A stretch of 23,557 nt of DNA, from contig JANNWY010000148.1 of NCBI GenBank assembly GCA_031409335.1, forward strand, positions 1-23,557. The letters are read 5' to 3'. Below, one piece after another: positions 18,534 through 23,557 of the stretch. A program made the position numbers and the translations under genes. The stretch comes from Chthoniobacteraceae bacterium (GTDB taxonomy: Bacteria; Verrucomicrobiota; Verrucomicrobiia; Chthoniobacterales; Chthoniobacteraceae). Below the pieces are notes generated by a model, which searched no databases, was not told the DNA's origin, and worked only from the letters and a program-made list of their open reading frames with translations. Numbering within the stretch: the first letter of the stretch is position 1; each line of letters starts with the position of its first letter.

Positions 18534-19208
18534 ATGAATACACCCGCCAAATTTCCCGCCTGGGTTTGCGCGCTCCTCGCCGCAGCTTCCGGCGTTTTCG
18601 CGGATGAAAACGACGTGGCCGTGGCAATCGTCTGCGACAGCTCGGGCAGCATGAAGGATGCGGTGAAAGGCAAAGGCAGCAACGAACCGAAATGGCAGAT
18701 CGCCAACCGTGCGCTGCTCGCGATCGTGGCGCGTTTGGAAAAAGTGCCGACGACCGGCGGGCGGAAGATTCAGGCCGGGCTGTTCACTTTTGCCGGGCAA
18801 GGCGCGCGCGAAATCGTGAAGCCCGGACCGTTCGACGCCGCGGCGATGCGCGCCGCGGTGAATGGCCTCGGCCAGCCAACCAGCGGCACGCCGCTCGGCA
18901 ACGCGGTGGCGGAGGCGACACGCGCGCTGACGAAGGTGAAAGCGGGCGCGTATCACGTGCTCGTCATCACCGATGGCATCAACACGGCCGGCCCCGCGCC
19001 CGAAGCCGTACTGCCCGCGCTCCAAGACCAGGCCATGAAAAGCGGCACGCCGGTCTATTTCCATTTCGTCGCGTTCGACGTGGACGCGAAGGTTTTCGCC
19101 GGAGTGAAAAAACTCGGTGCCACCCTGGTCGGCGCCAGCGATGAAACGCAGCTCAATCAAAAGCTGAATTTCATCCTCGAAGAAAAAATCCTGCTCGAGA
19201 AAGACTGA
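18534..19208 (+). CDS. Secreted single von Willebrand factor A domain protein
   Basis: Signal peptide (VFA-DE), intact MIDAS motif DSSGS, GTPLG and VITDG. Confidence 0.88.
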   Translation: MNTPAKFPAWVCALLAAASGVFADENDVAVAIVCDSSGSMKDAVKGKGSNEPKWQIANRALLAIVARLEKVPTTGGRKIQAGLFTFAGQGAREIVKPGPFDAAAMRAAVNGLGQPTSGTPLGNAVAEATRALTKVKAGAYHVLVITDGINTAGPAPEAVLPALQDQAMKSGTPVYFHFVAFDVDAKVFAGVKKLGATLVGASDETQLNQKLNFILEEKILLEKD

Positions 19209-19222
19209 CGCTTCCGCCGTGC

Positions 19223-19257
19223 AAATTCTAAATCAAAAATACTAACTCCTAAATTCC
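19223..19257 (+). repeat. Degenerate AT-rich heptamer repeat, five copies, directly before pspA
   Basis: AAATTCT AAATCAA AAATACT AACTCCT AAATTCC. Confidence 0.55.
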
Positions 19258-19261
19258 GCCC

Positions 19262-20014
19262 ATGTTCCGCGCCATCAAACGACTCTTCATCTTCCTCGGC
19301 CTCATGGCTGAAAAGGCCACCGAAAACGACGCCATCAACGCCGCCGTGGTGGAGCGCGGCATCCGCGATGCGAAGCAGCGCGCGGACAAGGCCGGGTTCG
19401 CCAATGGGCAGCTCGCGAGCCAGAGTTCGCTGCTCAAGGAGCAGATCAAGAAGCAGTCGCGCAATCAGCAGGAAATCATAGGCCTGCTGCAGGCGGCGGC
19501 GGCGGCGGGCGACGAGGAAAACGGCTCGCACTACGCCGAGGAACTCGCGCAGATCGAGCAGGACATCGCCGACAACAACGAGCAGCTCACCAGCCTCGAA
19601 ACGCTTTACAAACAGAACACGGAAATCATCGGCACGAGCATCCGCGAGATCCAAAAGTTTGAGCGCGAATTTTCCCAGACCAAGGCGCGCGTGGCGGTGA
19701 GCAAGCAGCTCGAAAGCCTGTCGGGTTTGATGAAAAGCTCGGTGAGCGAACTCGAGGGAATGCTGGGCGGCGAGATGAGCCAGTCGATGCAGCAACTCCG
19801 CGAAAGCGCCGCGAAAGGCGAAGGCCAGATGCGCTCGACGATGGACATCGCCAAGGAAGTCGGCTCCGGCATCGCGCGGCAGCAGGAGATGCGGAAGGCG
19901 CGCGGCAAAATGCTGTTCGATCAATACAAACAAAAGATGGGCATGGTGCAGCCCGAAGCCGCGAAACCCGTGGCCGAAGCGCCCGCGCCCGAGCGCCAGA
20001 AGATCGCGGAGTGA
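19262..20014 (+). CDS. pspA: PspA/IM30 (bacterial ESCRT-III-like) family protein, divergent
   Basis: 250 aa and all-helical, with an amphipathic N-terminus (MFRAIKRLF), a long helical hairpin with a PspA-type turn (AAAAGDEENG...A) and a C-terminal LFDQYKQKMG helix. Recognised by pattern only. Confidence 0.7.
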   Translation: MFRAIKRLFIFLGLMAEKATENDAINAAVVERGIRDAKQRADKAGFANGQLASQSSLLKEQIKKQSRNQQEIIGLLQAAAAAGDEENGSHYAEELAQIEQDIADNNEQLTSLETLYKQNTEIIGTSIREIQKFEREFSQTKARVAVSKQLESLSGLMKSSVSELEGMLGGEMSQSMQQLRESAAKGEGQMRSTMDIAKEVGSGIARQQEMRKARGKMLFDQYKQKMGMVQPEAAKPVAEAPAPERQKIAE

Positions 20015-20078
20015 AGATGACGCGCAACACGCGCGCGCTCCGAAAATCCGCCTCCCTGTTTTCACCCAACTCCACACC

Positions 20079-21797
20079 ATGACCACTCGCGGAAAAATTA
20101 TCTTCACGCTCCTATTCCTCCTCTTCGTCGGATTCGGCGTCGTGCGCTGGTGGGGCAAGCTCAAGCCGGCCAGCGGACCCCTTTCCAAAATCGAGGAAAA
20201 GGCCGCGACCGGTGCGGACAAGGATGCGGGCGACCTCCAGTTTGCCAGCACACAATTTGAACCGCCGAAGCTCGATCCGCCCGGCGTTTACGTGCCGAAG
20301 GACAACATCATCGACATCGAGCTGAGCGAATACGCGGGCTACGCGGGGCTCATCGCCGCGAATGGCGGGCTCGATCCGAATGACAATTCGATCTTCGCGA
20401 AAAAGTTCGGTTTCAAAGTGCGCATTAAACTCAGCGAGGAGGAAAGCTGGAGCGCGCTGAACAGCGGCAAGATGGCCGCGTCGGCGACGACCGTCGATGT
20501 GCTCGCGGTTTACGGGCGGCAGTTCAACGTCGTCGTGCCCGTGCAGATCGGCTTTTCGCGCGGCGCGGATGGCATCGTCGTGCGCAAGGACGTGCGCCGG
20601 ATCAACGACCTGAAAGGCAAAGTCCTGGCCGCGGCGCAATTCACCGAGAGCGACTTTTTCATCCGCTACCTGGCGCAGGAAGCCGGCCTCGGCGTGAACA
20701 TGCTCAACGGCCTCGGCGACAAACCCGACCCGGATAAAATCAACCTCGTCTATGCCGACGACGCCTTCGTCGCGTGCGATCATTTTATGAAAGAACTCGA
20801 TGGTGGCGACCAGCGCATCCTCGGCTGCGTGACGTGGGCGCCGCGCACGACGGAGGCCGTGGAGGAAAGCAAAGGGAAGGCGACGCTGCTCACGACGAAC
20901 AAAAACCTGCTCGTCATCGCCGACGTGCTGATCGTGAACAAAGGCTTTGCGCAGGCGCAGCCGAAAATGGTCGAGGGGCTCGTCGCCGGACTACTCGAGG
21001 GTAACAATATGGTGCGAACGAACTCCGATGCGCACCTTGATACTATTGCGAAAGCATTCACGACGGATTTCACGAAATTGGATGCAATCGCGAAGGCCGC
21101 CATGACGGAGCCATCGAAATGGGACCGTGCAAAAGCAAAACAGGAGTTGGCGAAAGTGCATCTCTCAAACGGGCCGGAAAATCTGGCGTTTTTTAACGGC
21201 TCGATCGACGCCGCGGGCAGCTTCGGCGGCATCTACCAGTCGGCGGTTTATGCCTACGGCAAGGAGCTCATCAAGGATCCGGTCGATGGCGAACGCTTCG
21301 TCGATGCCTCCGCGCTCAAAGCTCTGGAAACCGCGGGCGCATTTGCCGGGCAGCAGATTTCCATCGCGCCGATCAAGACCGCTGGCGTGGGTGGCGTGGA
21401 GGACAATCCGCTGCTCAGCAAAAACATCCGCTTCCTTTTCAAACCCAACAGCGCGGACCTCGACATCGCGAATCAGGACAATCTCAAAAGCCTCGGCGAC
21501 CTCCGGCAACTGCTGCAAGTCAGCCCCGGTTCAAAGCTCGTCCTGCGCGGCCACGTCGATGGCTCGAAGGTGGAAGAGTTCCGCAAGATGGGCGGCGAAC
21601 CGTTCCTGCGGCAGCGCGCGATGGAGGCGATCGAGCTGAGTAAAAAGCGGGCGGCGGAAATCAAGCGGCTGCTCGTCGAGCGCGAGAAAATCGATCCCGT
21701 GCGTCTCGAACCGCTGGGCCGCGGCTGGGAGGAACCGCTCGGCGCGGACATGGATCAGAACCGGCGCGTGGAAGCGCAGTGGTTCACGTTGGAATAG
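20079..21797 (+). CDS. Membrane-anchored substrate-binding protein (SsuA/NMT1-like PBP2 fold) fused to an OmpA-like peptidoglycan-binding domain
   Basis: N-terminal TM, SRGADGIVV...INDLKGK, VTWAP and IADVLIV in the binding domain. C-terminal F..NSA, GHVD, LSKKRA, GRGWEEP and NRRVE. Confidence 0.85.
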   Translation: MTTRGKIIFTLLFLLFVGFGVVRWWGKLKPASGPLSKIEEKAATGADKDAGDLQFASTQFEPPKLDPPGVYVPKDNIIDIELSEYAGYAGLIAANGGLDPNDNSIFAKKFGFKVRIKLSEEESWSALNSGKMAASATTVDVLAVYGRQFNVVVPVQIGFSRGADGIVVRKDVRRINDLKGKVLAAAQFTESDFFIRYLAQEAGLGVNMLNGLGDKPDPDKINLVYADDAFVACDHFMKELDGGDQRILGCVTWAPRTTEAVEESKGKATLLTTNKNLLVIADVLIVNKGFAQAQPKMVEGLVAGLLEGNNMVRTNSDAHLDTIAKAFTTDFTKLDAIAKAAMTEPSKWDRAKAKQELAKVHLSNGPENLAFFNGSIDAAGSFGGIYQSAVYAYGKELIKDPVDGERFVDASALKALETAGAFAGQQISIAPIKTAGVGGVEDNPLLSKNIRFLFKPNSADLDIANQDNLKSLGDLRQLLQVSPGSKLVLRGHVDGSKVEEFRKMGGEPFLRQRAMEAIELSKKRAAEIKRLLVEREKIDPVRLEPLGRGWEEPLGADMDQNRRVEAQWFTLE

Positions 21798-21800
21798 GAT

Positions 21801-21903
<103 letters not shown>

Positions 21904-21935
21904 CGCAGAAACGACATCCGTTTACCCAGTCCGGA

Positions 21936-22820
21936 ATGAAGCCTTCTTGGCGCGAGTTCATCTCCAGCCCGCACCATGCGATCATCGCAGCGGCGACGCT
22001 GGGCTTGGGCTTCCTTTCCGCGGAACCACTTTACCTGATCGCCGGCACCGCCGCGTACGTGGTCGGCTGGGTGTTCGTGCCGGGGCTGCCGATGTTTCAG
22101 CGTTACCTGAAAAACAAAAGCGACGCGGCCCAACTCGCGGTGGAGAGCGGGGAACTCGCGCAATTCAACAAGCAGCGCGGCGCGCTGATCGACAGCCTCA
22201 CGCCGGCGCGGCGCGAGCGGTATTTTGCATTGGCGAAAGTGTGCAAGGAAATCGGCGTCGGCGCATCGGCGGACGATCCACGCGTGCGGAAAATCGAGGA
22301 ACTGATGTGGACCTTCCTGCGCCTGCTCACGATGGAGCAATCGCTCGATCAATTCCTCGAAACGGAAATCCGCGATGATGTGCCGAAGCGGCTGGAAGCA
22401 GCGCGCGAAGAAGTCGAGCGGCTGCGCGCGGAAGTCGCCGCGCTCGGCGAAGGCTCCGCGCGCGAAGCGAAAACGCGGCTGCTGACTTCGCGCGAGGAAT
22501 TGCTCGAAACGCTGGCGAAACGCGTGGAGCGGCTCGACCAGGCGAAGTCGAATCTCGCGCTCGTCGGCTCCGAGCAGGAGCGGCTCGACCAGCAAATCAA
22601 ACTCATCCGCGCCGACTCCATCGCGACCAAAAACTCCGCCGCCCTCACCGCGCGCATCGACGCCACCGTCGAGCATCTCGAGCAAACCAATCAGTGGCTC
22701 TCGCAGATGGATCAATTCCGCGAACTCACCGCCGACCTGCCGCTCACGGCGCAGCGCGCGGGCTTCGGAGAAAAAATCACGCCACCGCCGATCCCGCAGC
22801 GGGGAAAGGAGCGGGCGTGA
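21936..22820 (+). CDS. Hypothetical protein with two N-terminal TM helices and a long coiled coil
   Basis: Start at ATG 21936 (MKPSWREF). Hydrophobic hairpin followed by about 230 aa of heptad-rich helices, with typical codon usage. Confidence 0.75.
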   Translation: MKPSWREFISSPHHAIIAAATLGLGFLSAEPLYLIAGTAAYVVGWVFVPGLPMFQRYLKNKSDAAQLAVESGELAQFNKQRGALIDSLTPARRERYFALAKVCKEIGVGASADDPRVRKIEELMWTFLRLLTMEQSLDQFLETEIRDDVPKRLEAAREEVERLRAEVAALGEGSAREAKTRLLTSREELLETLAKRVERLDQAKSNLALVGSEQERLDQQIKLIRADSIATKNSAALTARIDATVEHLEQTNQWLSQMDQFRELTADLPLTAQRAGFGEKITPPPIPQRGKERA

Positions 22821-22865
22821 GTTTTCGATTCTCGACGAACGCGGTGTTCCGATTAGGTTAAACCC

Positions 22866-23429
22866 ATGAGTGCGATCCTCGAACTGCCCGAAGCCCGTTC
22901 GCTGGTCGCGCATTTGTCCGTCGAAAACTTTCACCGCAGCGGCGAGTTGGGCATCTACGGAAAGCGCGCGGAACTCATTCGCGGCATCGTTTTTGACAAG
23001 CTCCCCATGACGCCCCTGCACCGCAAACTCAACAAACGGCTCTACGACTTTTTACAGGATCTGGCGCTGCCGGGTTTCGTGGTTTTCCAAGAGTCTCCGA
23101 TGACCCTGCGCGACTCAGAGCCGCTGCCGGACATTTCGGTCGTGGCGGGACAAGACGCGGACTTCGACGCTCGGCATCCTTCCACCGCGGAGTTGGTAAT
23201 CGAGGTGGCCGTCTCCAGCGTGGCGCTGGATCGGGAAAACGCGGCGCTTTTCGCCGAGGCGGGCGTGAAGGAATACTGGATCGTGCTCGCCGCGAAGCGG
23301 CAGGTGGAAGTCTATCGCCAGCCGGAAGCGGGCGAATATCGCGAGCGGCTGATTTACGCGGGCGAAGATCATCTCGAATGCGGTTCGATTCCCGCGATTC
23401 AGTTGTCGCTCGCGACGCTATTTGCGTAG
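22866..23429 (+). CDS. Uma2-family (DUF820) PD-(D/E)XK endonuclease-like protein
   Basis: ELIRG, SEPLPDISVV, LVIEVAVSS...DR and AEAGVKEYWIV. Confidence 0.92.
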   Translation: MSAILELPEARSLVAHLSVENFHRSGELGIYGKRAELIRGIVFDKLPMTPLHRKLNKRLYDFLQDLALPGFVVFQESPMTLRDSEPLPDISVVAGQDADFDARHPSTAELVIEVAVSSVALDRENAALFAEAGVKEYWIVLAAKRQVEVYRQPEAGEYRERLIYAGEDHLECGSIPAIQLSLATLFA

Positions 23430-23442
23430 CGGATTCCGCCGT

Positions 23443-23557
23443 CACCTCGCTCATCTCACGCACCTCGCGCACCTCGCGCACCTCGCGCACCTCGCGCACC
23501 TCGCGCACCTCGCGCACCTCGCGCACCTCGCGCACCTCGCGCACCTCGCGCACCTCG
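23443..23557. repeat. 9-bp tandem repeat (CACCTCGCG)n running off the window end
   Basis: Two degenerate units (23443-23460), then 10 perfect units plus 7 nt from 23461 to the end. Confidence 0.97.

Noticed and set aside
18471..19261. Sigma54/PspF-type control of pspA
   Set aside because: No TGGCAC-N5-TTGC element was found in the intergenic regions and no enhancer-binding protein is in the window.
22866..23429. Uma2 nuclease as the effector of the PspA operon or a defence system
   Set aside because: Uma2 genes are typically numerous and scattered in such genomes, and nothing beyond adjacency links it to the operon.
23029..23553. Minus-strand ORF beginning MREVREVREV
   Set aside because: It is a translation of the 9-bp repeat plus antisense of the well-supported Uma2 gene.

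Overview
GC-rich bacterial DNA. Gene style, the general lack of Shine-Dalgarno motifs and the short tandem repeats suggest Verrucomicrobiota/PVC, possibly Chthoniobacter-like; this is an inference. The window opens in the 3' end of an IS1-family element that appears to interrupt the gene upstream of an rtcB-rtcA RNA-repair pair. Next come a hydroxyproline-catabolism pair (DapA-family deaminase and hydroxyproline epimerase) split by a Phd/VapC toxin-antitoxin module, a CNNM/CorC protein, a stand-alone zinc-independent rpsN, a gluzincin-like peptidase, holA, and VOC, GNAT, DUF805-SRPBCC, site-2 protease and hpf genes. These are followed by a membrane-anchored coiled-coil protein, a GYF_2/DUF4190 protein and a TolQ/R/A-like (ExbBD-TonB-like) trio. 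A putative envelope operon with its own promoter follows: secreted vWA protein, PspA/IM30 (ESCRT-III-like) protein, substrate-binding-protein/OmpA fusion and a 2-TM coiled-coil protein. The window ends with a Uma2 nuclease and a 9-bp tandem repeat. The two most interesting signals are this PspA-centred operon and three intergenic hairpins built from inverted microsatellites, each starting 3 nt after a stop codon and deviating from perfect pairing only by sense-strand G-U pairs. All family assignments are by motif recognition; no database searches were run.
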